DNA of 64,000 nt from Candidatus Bathyarchaeota archaeon (GTDB taxonomy: Archaea; Thermoproteota; Bathyarchaeia; 40CM-2-53-6), in contig CAVTBR010000001.1 in NCBI GenBank assembly GCA_963733055.1, forward strand, positions 832,001 through 896,000, given 5' to 3'. The translations under genes were made by a program, and so were the position numbers. Positions 9,331 through 19,668 of this stretch are shown here, in pieces; the stretch's first letter is position 1, and each line of letters starts with the position of its first letter. The notes below the pieces were generated by a model. It was not told the origin of the DNA and searched no databases. It was given only the letters and a program-made list of their open reading frames with translations.

Positions 9331-9480
9331 ACCCCACCCCCGCCAACAGTAATCCCTAAGCAGTTACCCCAACCCAACCTCACCTCCAAAAAATCCACCA
9401 AACAACCCAGATCAACACCAATACACGCTAGAAAACCCCGAAACAACACGACCCAGAACCCCAACTACCAGTATCCCCCA
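9331..9480. repeat. Low-complexity C/A-rich, G-poor intergenic tract
   Basis: About 11 G in 150 nt by hand count; many CCC and AAC runs. Confidence 0.7.
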
Positions 9481-9618
9481 ATCTGGAATACCGCACGTTT
9501 ACGCGCCAAACCAGCAATGCCGAAGCAATGCCGACTAAACAGAGTTCATTTGCCTGAATCATGGACTACGGTCCACAGAAGCCAAATCTCAGGAGTACTA
9601 GAATCAGGTGATGAGAAC

Positions 9619-11368
9619 TTGAGTTATGAAAAATTAGTGCAAACCGCACGCGGAGATGTCCCGTTCGACCTAGTACTAAGAAACGTGCAGCTTGTGAACG
9701 TTTACACGCGCGAACAATACGAGACGAGCATAGGGATTTGTGGTGACAAAATCTCCTACGTTGGAGATCTAGAAGCAGTCAAGTCGAAAAATGTCATCGA
9801 CGCAAAAGGGATGTACGCCATTCCAGGCCTGATCGATTCCCATTTGCACATTGAGAGTAGTATGGTGACCCCACCACGATTTGCTGAGGCAGTTTTGCCA
9901 CACGGGACAACTACTGTAGCAATTGACCCTCATGAAATTGGGAACGTGTTAGGGAAAACTGGGGTGAGAATGATGCTTGACTCCAGCGCGGGTATGCCAT
10001 TGAAAGTTCTGGTTCTCGTTCCCACATGCGTCCCTGCAGTCTTGAATGCGGACACGGCCGGTGCTGAAATTCAGGCGTCGGATGTTAGAGAGATGTTGGG
10101 TTGGGAGAGGGTTATCGGCCTAGCGGAAGTAATGGATTACAGCGGCGTGGTTAACCTCGACAAACGGATGACTGAGATAGTCAAGGCTGGCAGGGAGGCA
10201 GGAGTCGTTATCGATGGTCACTGCATGAATCTAGACGAAAAGGGAACGAACGCTTACGCCGCAGCAGGAATTGAAGCAAACCATGAATACTTCCCGGTAG
10301 ATGCAGAGCATGGGTACAAAGCCGATTTTGACATAATCCTTCGCGAAATGCGGCTGGGAATGTTCGCGAAACTAAGGAAATTCTCCCTAGTTCCCGGCTT
10401 AGTCAAACTGCTGGCTACGCTTCCAAGCAAGCAAGGTCTGCTATTTGTTACCGACGACACAATGCCCGACGATCTCGTGCGGGATGGACATTTGGACGAT
10501 GTTGTGCGCAAAGCGATACGGAACGGGTTCGATCCCATAGACGCAGTCTGCTCAGCAACCCTCTTCCCAGCCAAACACCTTCGACTATTCGACCGCGGCG
10601 CCATAGCCCCAGGAAAGATCGCTGACATTCTACTGCTCAAAGACTTGAACGAGTTCAGAGTGAGCCTGGTTGTCGCGAACGGGAGAATCGTAGCAGAGAA
10701 CGGCGTGCTCACAACAGAACTTGCAGCGGCTCGTTTCCCGAATGAAGCAACACACACAGTGAAACTTCAAAGCGTGACACCGAACGATTTCAAGGTGCGC
10801 AGTCCAACAGGAGACCGGCTCTATCAGAGTTCGAACGATAACTATGCAGGGTTTCTTAACGAACTTTGAAGAGAAAGATGTGATTGTGAAGAACCATGTT
10901 GTGCAGCACGAAGGCGCAACCGTCGCCGTTTTGGAAAGACACGGAAAGACCAGAAACAAATCCCTTGGCTTCTTGGATAGATTCGGCCTGAAAGAAGGAG
11001 CCTTAGCTACAACAATTTCACACGATTCACACAACCTTACCGTCGTAGGGAATAACTCGTCAGATATGGCGGTGGCAGCAAACACTCTAATCCAATGCCA
11101 AGGTGGGCTGGTTGCGGTGAACGGAGGAAAAGTGTTGGCTAAGGTTGAGCTGCCGGTAGCAGGTCTGATGTCGGAAGAAAAAGCTGAGATAATCGCAGGC
11201 AAACTGTTGGCATTCAGGAAGGTCGAGGAGCAACTCGGACTCGTCGATTACGGAACCATACTGATAATCTCCACGCTTGCACTTCCGGTAATATCTCACG
11301 CAAGAATTACCGACAAAGGGCTGTTCGACGTTGATAGCCAAAGGATCGTGCCTCTAATCATAAACTGA
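9619..11368 (+). CDS. ade: Adenine deaminase (Ade/AdeC family), frameshifted at about 10805-10812
   Basis: PGLIDSHLHIESS, DPHEIGNV, LAEVMD, IDGH and HDSHN motifs; SD AGGTGA before TTG 9619. A +1 shift joins the two ORFs (…QETGSIRVRTITMQGF…). Confidence 0.88.
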
Positions 11369-11505
11369 TAGCGATCACACCATGGCTCTGTCATGAACCT
11401 ACGAGTTTTGTCTTTCAATGCATCAGTGTTATGCACGAGATATGAACGGAAGCCTTTTACAATTCATGGACTACGTCTCTCGTTGCGACAAGTTAGTGAC
11501 TCGTA

Positions 11506-12855
11506 ATGGTAACCAAAGTTCAGCACCATAAGATCGTTGCTACTCCGCCTGGACCTAAGGCGAGGGAATTGCTTCAGAAAGATGCGAACGTCTTGTCGCA
11601 ATCGGTTATTCGCTGGTATCCGCTCGTTGCAGAGTCTGGTTCGGGATGCGTCGTTAAGGATGTGGACGGTAACGAGTTCATAGATTTCAATTCGGGGCTA
11701 GTGGTTTTGGCCGTAGGCCATTCACACCCACGTGTCGTCAAAGCGATCAAAGATCAAGCTGAGAAACTAATTCACTATTCTTGGACCGATTTCTACTATA
11801 AGCCAATCGTCGACCTAGGGGAACAACTCACTAAGATAACGCCCGGCTCATTTCCGAAGAAAGTGTTCTTCTGTAATAGCGGCTCGGAGGCAAACGAGGC
11901 CGCGATGAAAATGGCGCGGTGGCACACTCGCAAACCGCTATTCCTAGCGTACACCGGCGCATTTCATGGAAGAAGTTTCGGAACGATGGCCCTCACCGCC
12001 AGCAAACCCGTTCAGAGAAGACACTTCTTCCCTCTCGTTCCGGAAGTAACCCATGTTCCTTATCCTTACTGCTACCGCTGCCCATTCGGGCTGAAGTATC
12101 CGGAGTGCGACATGTGGTGCGTCGACTTCATCGAAGAAGAGGTCCTCAAGAAATTTCATCCCCCTGAAGACACGGCTGCAATGTTCGTGGAACCAATCCA
12201 GGGAGAGGGAGGGTATGTGGTTCCTCCCGACGATTACTTCCAGCGCTTGAAGAAAATTCTTGACAAGTATGACATTCTGCTGGCTGACGACGAGATACAA
12301 TCCGGGATGGGACGGACCGGTAGATGGTTTGCTTTAGAGCACTGGGGAGTAACTCCTGACATTCTGACCACCGCCAAGGCTCTAGCATCCGGACTCCCAA
12401 TCGGCGCCGCCGTAGCTAGACAGGAACTCATGGATTGGGAAGGGGGTTCTCATGCCAACACCTTTGGAGGTAATCCAGTAGCATGCGCCGCCGCATTACA
12501 GGTAATTGGCATCATAAAGGAAGAGAAGCTGATGGAGAACGCGATCCATCAAGGGTCGTACCTAATGAAGCGACTGAAAGAAATGCAACAGCAATACCCC
12601 ATAATGGGCGACGTGCGCGGCAAAGGTTTGATGATTGGAGTGGAATTCGTCAAAGACCCCGAAACCAAGGAACCCGCAGCTGAGGAAGTGGAGGACATAA
12701 CGAACAAGTGCTTCAAACGAGGATTGGCAATCATCACCGCGGGAAAATCCTCGATGCGCTTCGCACCACCACTCATCATAACCCGCGACATCATCGACGA
12801 AGGACTGGAAATCTTCGAAGGCGCCGTAAAGGAAGTAGCAGCTCAGCTTCGATAG
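11506..12855 (+). CDS. Class III PLP aminotransferase (4-aminobutyrate/ornithine type)
   Basis: SGSEANEAA, FHGRS, EPIQGEGG, DEIQSGMGRTG and TAKALASG motifs. Confidence 0.92.
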   Translation: MVTKVQHHKIVATPPGPKARELLQKDANVLSQSVIRWYPLVAESGSGCVVKDVDGNEFIDFNSGLVVLAVGHSHPRVVKAIKDQAEKLIHYSWTDFYYKPIVDLGEQLTKITPGSFPKKVFFCNSGSEANEAAMKMARWHTRKPLFLAYTGAFHGRSFGTMALTASKPVQRRHFFPLVPEVTHVPYPYCYRCPFGLKYPECDMWCVDFIEEEVLKKFHPPEDTAAMFVEPIQGEGGYVVPPDDYFQRLKKILDKYDILLADDEIQSGMGRTGRWFALEHWGVTPDILTTAKALASGLPIGAAVARQELMDWEGGSHANTFGGNPVACAAALQVIGIIKEEKLMENAIHQGSYLMKRLKEMQQQYPIMGDVRGKGLMIGVEFVKDPETKEPAAEEVEDITNKCFKRGLAIITAGKSSMRFAPPLIITRDIIDEGLEIFEGAVKEVAAQLR

Positions 12856-12971
12856 TTTCAACGGCTCTACGTGCTTGTTGAACGCCAAGCGTTCCTCATG
12901 ATTCTTGACGTTCACTCCGTATGGGAAAGCATATCTCGTTTGAAAAACGGACTATGTAGTCGTGGTTCAGT

Positions 12972-13844
12972 ATGGATGTGAAGCGAGTATGTGTGTTAGG
13001 CGCGGGTCTAATGGGGCATGGCATAACTCAAGTCTGCGCTCAAACTGGCAAATTCGAAGTTAACATGCGCGATATCGAACAACGATTCGTCGATAACGGC
13101 ATGAAGATGATCAAAGACAGCCTCCAAAGATTCGTCAAGAAAGGAACCATAAGCGAAGCCGAATCGAAAGAAATTCTCAACAGAATCCACCCCACCTTAG
13201 ACCTGAAACAGGCCGTTCAGAATGCGGATCTCGTCATCGAAGCAGTCACTGAGAATCCACCACTCAAGAAAGCCGTCCTCGCTGAGGCGGACAAGTACGC
13301 TCCCCCACACGCAATAATCGCATCGAACACCTCTTCGATCAGCATTACCGAGATTGGAGCCGCTACGACAAGGGCTGAGAAGGTTTGTGGTATGCATTTC
13401 TTCAACCCACCACAACTCATGCGCCTCATCGAGATTGTCCGCGGCCTGAAAACCTCGGATGAGACAGTAGAGACGATCAAGCAAGTTTCTGCTAAGCTCG
13501 GAAAAGAGTCGGTTCTAGTCAAGAAGGATACGCCCGGATTCATCGTAAACCGTATCCTAGTTCCCGCTCTCAACGAGGCCGTATTCCTGGTTGCGGAAGG
13601 GGTTGCAGATCCGGAGGATATTGACAAAGCAATTACATTGGGCTTGAATTGGCCTATGGGCCCGCTGAAGCTGGTTGACTACGTAGGTGCGGATACACAC
13701 CTTTTCATCACGGACGTGATGGTGAATGAGACTGGGGATCCAAAATTCCGCCCGAGCAACTTGCTCAAACAAATGGTGCGGGCCAACTTACTAGGAAGGA
13801 AAACTGGGAAAGGTTTCTACGACTGGCCTGAAAAGAAACAGTAA
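12972..13844 (+). CDS. 3-hydroxyacyl/3-hydroxybutyryl-CoA dehydrogenase
   Basis: GAGLMGHG, ASNTSS, GMHFFNP, PGFIVNR and GRKTGKGFY motifs. Confidence 0.93.
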   Translation: MDVKRVCVLGAGLMGHGITQVCAQTGKFEVNMRDIEQRFVDNGMKMIKDSLQRFVKKGTISEAESKEILNRIHPTLDLKQAVQNADLVIEAVTENPPLKKAVLAEADKYAPPHAIIASNTSSISITEIGAATTRAEKVCGMHFFNPPQLMRLIEIVRGLKTSDETVETIKQVSAKLGKESVLVKKDTPGFIVNRILVPALNEAVFLVAEGVADPEDIDKAITLGLNWPMGPLKLVDYVGADTHLFITDVMVNETGDPKFRPSNLLKQMVRANLLGRKTGKGFYDWPEKKQ

Positions 13845-13858
13845 GCTAGGTCTATCCC

Positions 13859-14236
13859 TTGAGCGAGCATTCTAATCCTGAGAAAGTGAACATCGCTCAG
13901 AAGTTTGCTCGATTCAGCGAATATTGGGCGCCACATATTGTAGGAGAACTCAACGATTCGTACGTCAAGGCTGCCAAACTGAAGGGCGAATTCGTGTGGC
14001 ACAAGCACGAGGCTGAGGATGAATTATTCCTCGTCAGCAAGGGGAAGCTGCTCATCAAACTGAGGGACAAAGACGTTTGGTTGGAGGAGGGAGAGTTCAT
14101 CATAATTCCGAAAGGAGTTGAACATAAGCCGGTCGCTAATGAAGAAGTACACGTCTTGCTGATAGAACCGAAGTCAACTCTTAACACTGGTAACGTTAAG
14201 AACGAAAAAACTCTCAACCAACTTAAGAGAATTTGA
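13859..14236 (+). CDS. Cupin-domain protein
   Basis: GEFVWHKHEAEDELF and PKGVEHKP motifs. Confidence 0.9.
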   Translation: MSEHSNPEKVNIAQKFARFSEYWAPHIVGELNDSYVKAAKLKGEFVWHKHEAEDELFLVSKGKLLIKLRDKDVWLEEGEFIIIPKGVEHKPVANEEVHVLLIEPKSTLNTGNVKNEKTLNQLKRI

Positions 14237-14259
14237 GCTCACCGGTCGAGCTCTTCTTC

Positions 14260-14931
14260 TTAGAAGTCGGTTGTTGAGGTGCCAAAGGTTCCGAATCCTA
14301 CGTTGAATCCTGCCTGTTGAGCTTTGAACTGCGCGTGGTCCATGGCAATTGCGTATGCGAGAATAACGTACGGGTCGATTTCTTGGCTTGAGATTTCGAC
14401 GCCGTAGGAGTCGCGAATGCTCACCCATTTCTTGTGGATCTGAGCTATCGTGCTTCCCGATGGGTTTTGAATGGAAAACTCGTGTGCGGTTATGTTCCCC
14501 TTGATTCTCGCAATCTCCTTCCCTGTCGAGTCCTCGAGCCACCATTCCGAGCCCAGTAGCTTCAGGACCTTCTTTTTGACAACTGCTACGAGTCCTTGCT
14601 GATCGTAGATTTCGAAGGTAGGTCTGACCGTTAGGACTTTCCCCCTCATTTCACCTAACCTGCCGCCGTCCGGCGTTTCGAAATAGAATTGCGGCCCCCA
14701 GCTGACCAGTTTCCTCTTCACGTATGCGAGCAGGTTACCGTTTCTGTCTTTGATTCCAAACGTATCGCGTAGAGCTGCAATCTTCTGCTCGATGATGTAC
14801 TCTCTGCCCGAAAAAGTAGAAGTGGGATTAGCGGTTGGAGTTTGTGGGAGGGCACCTTCCAGTTTGTACCCACAGCTAGTACAGAATTTGGTATCTCCTG
14901 TTATCTCATTACCGCAAGACGGACACTTCAC
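14260..14931 (-). CDS. Zinc-ribbon + LURP-one/scramblase-like protein
   Basis: N-terminal CPSCG...FCTSCG; repeated beta units ending HKKWVSIRDSYGVEI...AIAMD. Confidence 0.8.
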   Translation of the reverse strand: MKCPSCGNEITGDTKFCTSCGYKLEGALPQTPTANPTSTFSGREYIIEQKIAALRDTFGIKDRNGNLLAYVKRKLVSWGPQFYFETPDGGRLGEMRGKVLTVRPTFEIYDQQGLVAVVKKKVLKLLGSEWWLEDSTGKEIARIKGNITAHEFSIQNPSGSTIAQIHKKWVSIRDSYGVEISSQEIDPYVILAYAIAMDHAQFKAQQAGFNVGFGTFGTSTTDF

Positions 14932-15093
14932 AACAAAACAACTCAGTGAGCAACACGCGTAAAGACAGTAATATTTGTAACCAATTCAGGGCATCAGGCA
15001 CCAGGGCTCGTCGTAACACAGTACATTCGAAATGGTCGAGACGGAAAATTAATCATGATCGACGATATGCGAGCCATGGACGGCGTTTAGTGA

Positions 15094-16035
15094 ATGGAGT
15101 TCAATATCCGACCTTTGAGTGAAGAAGATTTGCAGAAAGCGGATCATATCATGCGTTTAGCTTTTGGAACATTCGTTGGGGTTCCTGATCCCGCGAGTTT
15201 CGGTGAAGGGATGGATCACGTAAAGACTCGTTGGCGGGCTGATCCGAAGGCGGCTTTCGGGGCTGAAAGAGATGGTGAGCTTGTAGGGTCTAACTTTGCC
15301 ACGAGATGGGGGAGCTTCGGTTTCTTCGGACCATTAACTGTACGCCCAGATTTATGGGACAAAGGAATTGCTAAACTTCTCCTCGAACCCACAATGGACC
15401 TTTTCAAAAAGTGGGGTGTCAGCCATGTGGGCCTCTTCACGTTCGCTCAGAGCCCGAAACACATAGGCTTGTACCAGAAATTCGGATTTTGGCCAAGATT
15501 TCTGACACCACTGATATCGAAGACCGCGCAAAGTGGAGGCGTTCCCGGGAAGTGGTCCAAGTTTTCCGATGTACCTGACAATGAAGTGAGACGAATCTTG
15601 GCGAAGTGTCGAAGCCTGACCAATTCAGTCTACAAAGGCTTGGATTTAGAGAAAGAAATCATGTCTGTCCGGCAGCAAAAACTTGGCGACACAATCCTGT
15701 TGTGGGAAGGCGAAACAGTTGTTGGCGTCGCCGCCTGTCACTGTGGTGCAGGGACTGAGGCTGGACGGGATACATGCTATGTCAAGTTCGGAGCCGTCCG
15801 CAGCGGAGATGGTGCGGAGGGTTTCTTTGATCGACTGCTGAGCGCGTGCGAGGAGCTAGCTACTATGAGAGGAATGACACATGTGTCGGCCGGCGTAAAC
15901 TCCGGATGTCATAATGCCTATCGAAGAATGATTGCAAGAGGTTTCCGCGCTGAGTTTCAGGGGGTCTTGATGCTCAAACCAAATGAGCCGGCGCTTGATC
16001 TGCCTGATCGTTACGTTCTATGTGACCTACGCTAG
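15094..16035 (+). CDS. GNAT-family N-acetyltransferase (two-domain)
   Basis: GPLTVRPDLWDKGIAKLL and LYQKFGF motifs. Confidence 0.85.
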   Translation: MEFNIRPLSEEDLQKADHIMRLAFGTFVGVPDPASFGEGMDHVKTRWRADPKAAFGAERDGELVGSNFATRWGSFGFFGPLTVRPDLWDKGIAKLLLEPTMDLFKKWGVSHVGLFTFAQSPKHIGLYQKFGFWPRFLTPLISKTAQSGGVPGKWSKFSDVPDNEVRRILAKCRSLTNSVYKGLDLEKEIMSVRQQKLGDTILLWEGETVVGVAACHCGAGTEAGRDTCYVKFGAVRSGDGAEGFFDRLLSACEELATMRGMTHVSAGVNSGCHNAYRRMIARGFRAEFQGVLMLKPNEPALDLPDRYVLCDLR

Positions 16036-16062
16036 GATCAGATCCATCCATCGTGGCTACCC

Positions 16063-16950
16063 TTGAGTAGTAATCGCGAAGGAACAATTCTAGTTTTTGT
16101 GTCAGCCGTCGCGTTTGGCTTCCAGCCCATCTTCGCTAAGCTTGCCTACATTCAAGGAGTTGGTGTTGACGAGCTTCTCTTCATCAGATTCCTTCTTGCC
16201 TTCCTGATCATGGGAACGCTTCTCGCCGCTACCCATAGGCTGGTTATTCCCAAGAGAATGGATCTCTTGGCGTTGATTGTACTCGGCGCTCTGGTCTACT
16301 TCTTGCAATCCACCTTTTACTTCAGTGCTCTCCTCTTTTCGCCAGTTGCGATCGTCGCGCTACTTCTTTACACTTACCCAGTCTTCGTTACATTGGGCGC
16401 ATACATGCTAGGTTGGGAGCGGGTTCCGCGCCGACTCGCGGGCGTTTTCATAATAGCATTGATTGGACTGATCCTGGTTGCAAACCCGTTCGGAACAGCG
16501 ATCGGCCTTGGCGTGTTTCTCGCATTTGCTTCTTCGATAATATACACGATCTACATTCTAAGCAGCTCGAGGGTTCTTAGAAGGGTCAAGGGAGACGTAG
16601 CCGCTTTCTACGTGATGGGAGCCGCGTCAGCAACCTTTGGCTTAACCGGAGCATTGACCGGTTCGATTCATTTGAACTGGAGCGTTGCCGGATGGTTCTG
16701 GGTGCTGACCATTACACTCGTTTGCACGGTTCTCGCAGCAACTACATTCTTCATCGGCATTTCGAAAATAGGACCCTCAAGGGCTGCATTGATTAGCCTC
16801 ATCGAACCGGTCACCTCAGTACTTCTTTCGTTAGCCCTCTTCGGAAACAAACTCACCATACCACAGTGGTTCGGCGGCATCTTGATACTCGTATCAACGG
16901 CCATCACGACCGTCTACGGCAAACCTCTCGAACGCGAGCTCCATCCATAA
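16063..16950 (+). CDS. EamA/DMT-family transporter
   Basis: About 10 TM segments; LLYTYPVFV and ISLIEPV motifs. Confidence 0.88.
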   Translation: MSSNREGTILVFVSAVAFGFQPIFAKLAYIQGVGVDELLFIRFLLAFLIMGTLLAATHRLVIPKRMDLLALIVLGALVYFLQSTFYFSALLFSPVAIVALLLYTYPVFVTLGAYMLGWERVPRRLAGVFIIALIGLILVANPFGTAIGLGVFLAFASSIIYTIYILSSSRVLRRVKGDVAAFYVMGAASATFGLTGALTGSIHLNWSVAGWFWVLTITLVCTVLAATTFFIGISKIGPSRAALISLIEPVTSVLLSLALFGNKLTIPQWFGGILILVSTAITTVYGKPLERELHP

Positions 16951-16975
16951 GCCGATAAGCGTATTCGGGGTCGTT

Positions 16976-17382
16976 TCACTCCAGCCAAACGGTCTTGCAA
17001 GGTCGCTTGATTTGGTAATGAGAGAAGTTCTTTTCTTTCTGGGCCCCGCGCCAGTGCCATGAGAAGGCAGGAATGCAGACGAAGTCCCCCCTCTTCAAAT
17101 GCTAGACCTCGCCGAAGGTCACTTGCGCTTTCCCATCTTCCCCCAGCCTGACTTGGGTATGCACGGCCAAGAGACCTTCACCCTCATGCGTCATCAATAC
17201 CTAGTCGGGTCGGAGTCATGATAGTGCACCTTAGTCCGGGTGCCGTCCTCGAAACTCACTAGGAAAACTTCAACGTCCTTGGTAATTGAGTCGTTGATTA
17301 CGGCTCGAATCTGGACTTTCCAACGAAATAAGTCTCAGGTCCTGGGGTCGGGGGAAGTTTCGTCAATGTTGAATTTCGGCAT
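16976..17382 (-). pseudogene. Decayed cupin-domain gene
   Basis: Pieces MPKFNIDETSPDPR / KVQIRAVINDSITKDVEVFLVSFEDGTRTKVHYHDSD / VLMTHEGEG...GDFVCIPAFSWHWRGA...KTVWLE*. Stops at 17335-17337 and 17102-17104, plus frame changes. Confidence 0.75.
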
Positions 17383-17579
17383 AGTGTTTACCTCTACCTG
17401 CACCCTAATCAGTGATCGGCTGGTCTTCAACGTTCGTGAGCAGTCAATAAGCTAGGCAGTTCCTTGCAGATGTGCAATACCGCCAACCCACACTCTGAAG
17501 TTGAGGTGACGTAGAATTCTCGCCTCGCGGGTGGAAATTTTCGACTCACGTTTAACCCATCGGGGAGTGGTGAATTGTT

Positions 17580-17938
17580 GTGAGCGAATTGAAGTTCAAA
17601 CGTAAGTGGTTCAAGCAAAGTCATGCGACTGGTCACGGAACCGCTTGGAAGCTAGGTTATGTCCTTGCATTCGTTGGCGGCGTTGTGATTATCATACTTA
17701 GTTTGGCGAAGCTTGCGAATTTTCCTCTGTACGTGCCGATCAATGTACCTCTCGCGGGTATTTCGGAATAGGCGTGATCAGCTTGATACTTGGCGTAGTG
17801 GCTGTGTTTGGATCTAAGCGCGTAAATGAGTTGGTCTGGGGAATCGTTTTGATGATCGTCGGCTTCGTCGTCGGCGGAGTCGGTGGGCTACTCGCTTTAG
17901 TCGGGGGCCTGGTTGGATTGCTTTCGAGGTATGTCTAA
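17580..17938 (+). CDS. Small Gly-rich membrane protein, frameshifted at about 17754-17758
   Basis: ORF 17580-17771 continues in the -1 frame as GYFGIGVISLILGVVAVFGSKRVNELVWGIVLMIVGFVVGGVGGLLALVGGLVGLLSRYV*. Its TAA overlaps the next ATG (TAATG). Confidence 0.7.
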
Positions 17939-18375
17939 TGGACAACGCGCCCGGATCCATCAATCCCTCCGCGGCGTCCGTTAAACCTCTCCAGAACACC
18001 TTTCTCTTCGATCTCGAAGGCCACTCCATTCTCGCGGCAAAAGTCGCGAGTAAAGTTGCAAAGGAGATTTCAGGGCAGGATATGAAATCCTCAGGGGGCA
18101 TAATTTCGAAGCTCAAGGCGAAACTCGGTCTCACCAAAGAAACTGAACGATGGTTCGTCGTTACAAGCGTCGACAATCCTCTTCTCGCGGAACCTGACAA
18201 GTTCGGACTCCAGGTTGCAGAGAGACTCACGAAAGCAACAGGCACTGCGGTCTCAAAAACGGACCTATCTATCTCTGCCAGCGCACCCGTTGCCGGAATC
18301 AAAGAGAAGGACGAGCCATCAGCTACGGTCAGAGACGACCGAGAAGGGCTTGTCACGCAACCAATCACTGCCTAA
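17938..18375 (+). CDS. Hypothetical protein
   Basis: 145-aa ORF translationally coupled to the upstream gene; no motif recognised. Confidence 0.65.
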   Translation: MDNAPGSINPSAASVKPLQNTFLFDLEGHSILAAKVASKVAKEISGQDMKSSGGIISKLKAKLGLTKETERWFVVTSVDNPLLAEPDKFGLQVAERLTKATGTAVSKTDLSISASAPVAGIKEKDEPSATVRDDREGLVTQPITA

Positions 18376-18387
18376 ACGAGCCTCGAC

Positions 18388-19095
18388 TTAGGACGATCTC
18401 TCAAGACTGACTTCCAAGCTCTCGCGCAGTCTCAATAGGTGCCATCGCGCATCGTATACGACCTTACGCATGTTCCTAATTCTCATGGTATTCCGAAGTT
18501 CTTCCCCCGATTCGTCGAGTTTGAAATCGATGGTACCATCGGCGCCGGCTTCAAGGGTCTTGTAGACAGATTCAGGATGAACGCCCCTTACAATGCCAAG
18601 AATCTGGGTTGAGTCTCTTACGACAGAGGAGGGGAAACTCCTGGTTAGTAGAAATTCGGTCCAAGCTTTGTCGTCATTGAACCTGGCTAGGGTTGAAACG
18701 TTGTCGCCGATCCTCAGCAGGTCAGGGTTAGGTGTTTCGTGCATGGCTTCTTTCGCGAAATGTATGCTGAGGTCGTGGATCCGCAGTGAATCAATCGCGA
18801 ATTTCTCCCTCGACTTCTGACCCAAAGTAGCTGTATACCAATCGTAAATCATCAACTTGCCTGCGCTTTCCAACTCCTCGACATTGACTGAAAGCTGTCC
18901 AAGTGTAGCCCGAATGTCATTTGGTGTTTGACCGCCGGCATTGTAGATTAGAGCGCCGCCCTGCTTCAGCCAGCCCGCAGCGATGCTGAGGGAAGCGTTG
19001 TACCACTGCGATGATGGGTCGAACTCAACTAGGATGTTTGATCCTGTCGGAATGGGTGCTTTAGTCAAGTCTCCGATTAACTGAATTTGTGGCAT
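18388..19095 (-). CDS. KaiC/RAD55-like RecA-fold protein with degenerate Walker A
   Basis: IPTGSNILV, a Walker-B-like RIGDNVS, ADGTIDF and RIRNMR. Confidence 0.75.
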   Translation of the reverse strand: MPQIQLIGDLTKAPIPTGSNILVEFDPSSQWYNASLSIAAGWLKQGGALIYNAGGQTPNDIRATLGQLSVNVEELESAGKLMIYDWYTATLGQKSREKFAIDSLRIHDLSIHFAKEAMHETPNPDLLRIGDNVSTLARFNDDKAWTEFLLTRSFPSSVVRDSTQILGIVRGVHPESVYKTLEAGADGTIDFKLDESGEELRNTMRIRNMRKVVYDARWHLLRLRESLEVSLERSS

Positions 19096-19217
19096 GAGAA
19101 TACAGAACCATTTTGAGGTGACTTAGTTGCTGTTACGGCTTTGTTTCCTGTGTATGGGTTTAATGGCACGCACGAGGTAAGTCTACTCTAGTTGGTCGTA
19201 ATATAATGGGAATGCTA

Positions 19218-19245
19218 GGAGAGCATCTCGGAGATGCGGTTCTCC
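19218..19245. terminator. Inverted repeat just downstream of the SRPBCC operon
   Basis: GGAGAGCATCTC-G-GAGATGCGGTTCTCC immediately after the stop of ORF 19249-19668. Confidence 0.4.
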
Positions 19246-19248
19246 CAG

Positions 19249-19668
19249 CTACTTCATCTTCGTGTTCAGATAGCGTAGGTCCTCTTCAAAGCCCTTGTTG
19301 AGGTTCTGTCTAACTGCGCCTTCGAGTTGCTTGTCGTCCATCATCTGCGATTTCATATCAACCTCACTCACTACCTTTGTTCCTCCCGATACCTCTGTGT
19401 AGGTGTTGACGATCTTGCCGGTCATTGGTCCCTCTAGGAATTCGAGGGTTAGCTTGTCGGGTGGGCTTGGCGTGATTTTGAGGACGGTCTTTATGGTTCG
19501 GCCGTTCATCTCGCGTGTTTGCTCGAATGTTGTCATCTCCTTGTCTAGTGGCTTGCTTGACTTGGTGTCTGGATGAATGCCTTGCACGTCCGTCCCGTGA
19601 GCTTCGATGAGTCGCCAGACTTTATCGCGTGACACTGGAAAGAGTCCTTCGTCGGTTACTTTCACCAT
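19249..19668 (-). CDS. SRPBCC/START-fold (polyketide cyclase-like) protein
   Basis: F-P-x-S-x-DKVW, LEGPMTG, YTEVSGGTKV and a C-terminal helix; SD GGAGGTGA. Confidence 0.75.
   Translation of the reverse strand: MVKVTDEGLFPVSRDKVWRLIEAHGTDVQGIHPDTKSSKPLDKEMTTFEQTREMNGRTIKTVLKITPSPPDKLTLEFLEGPMTGKIVNTYTEVSGGTKVVSEVDMKSQMMDDKQLEGAVRQNLNKGFEEDLRYLNTKMK

Noticed and set aside
17335-17337. In-frame TGA/TAG in the cupin relic as Sec or Pyl recoding
   Set aside because: Accompanied by frameshifts and a lost His ligand, so decay is the simpler explanation.
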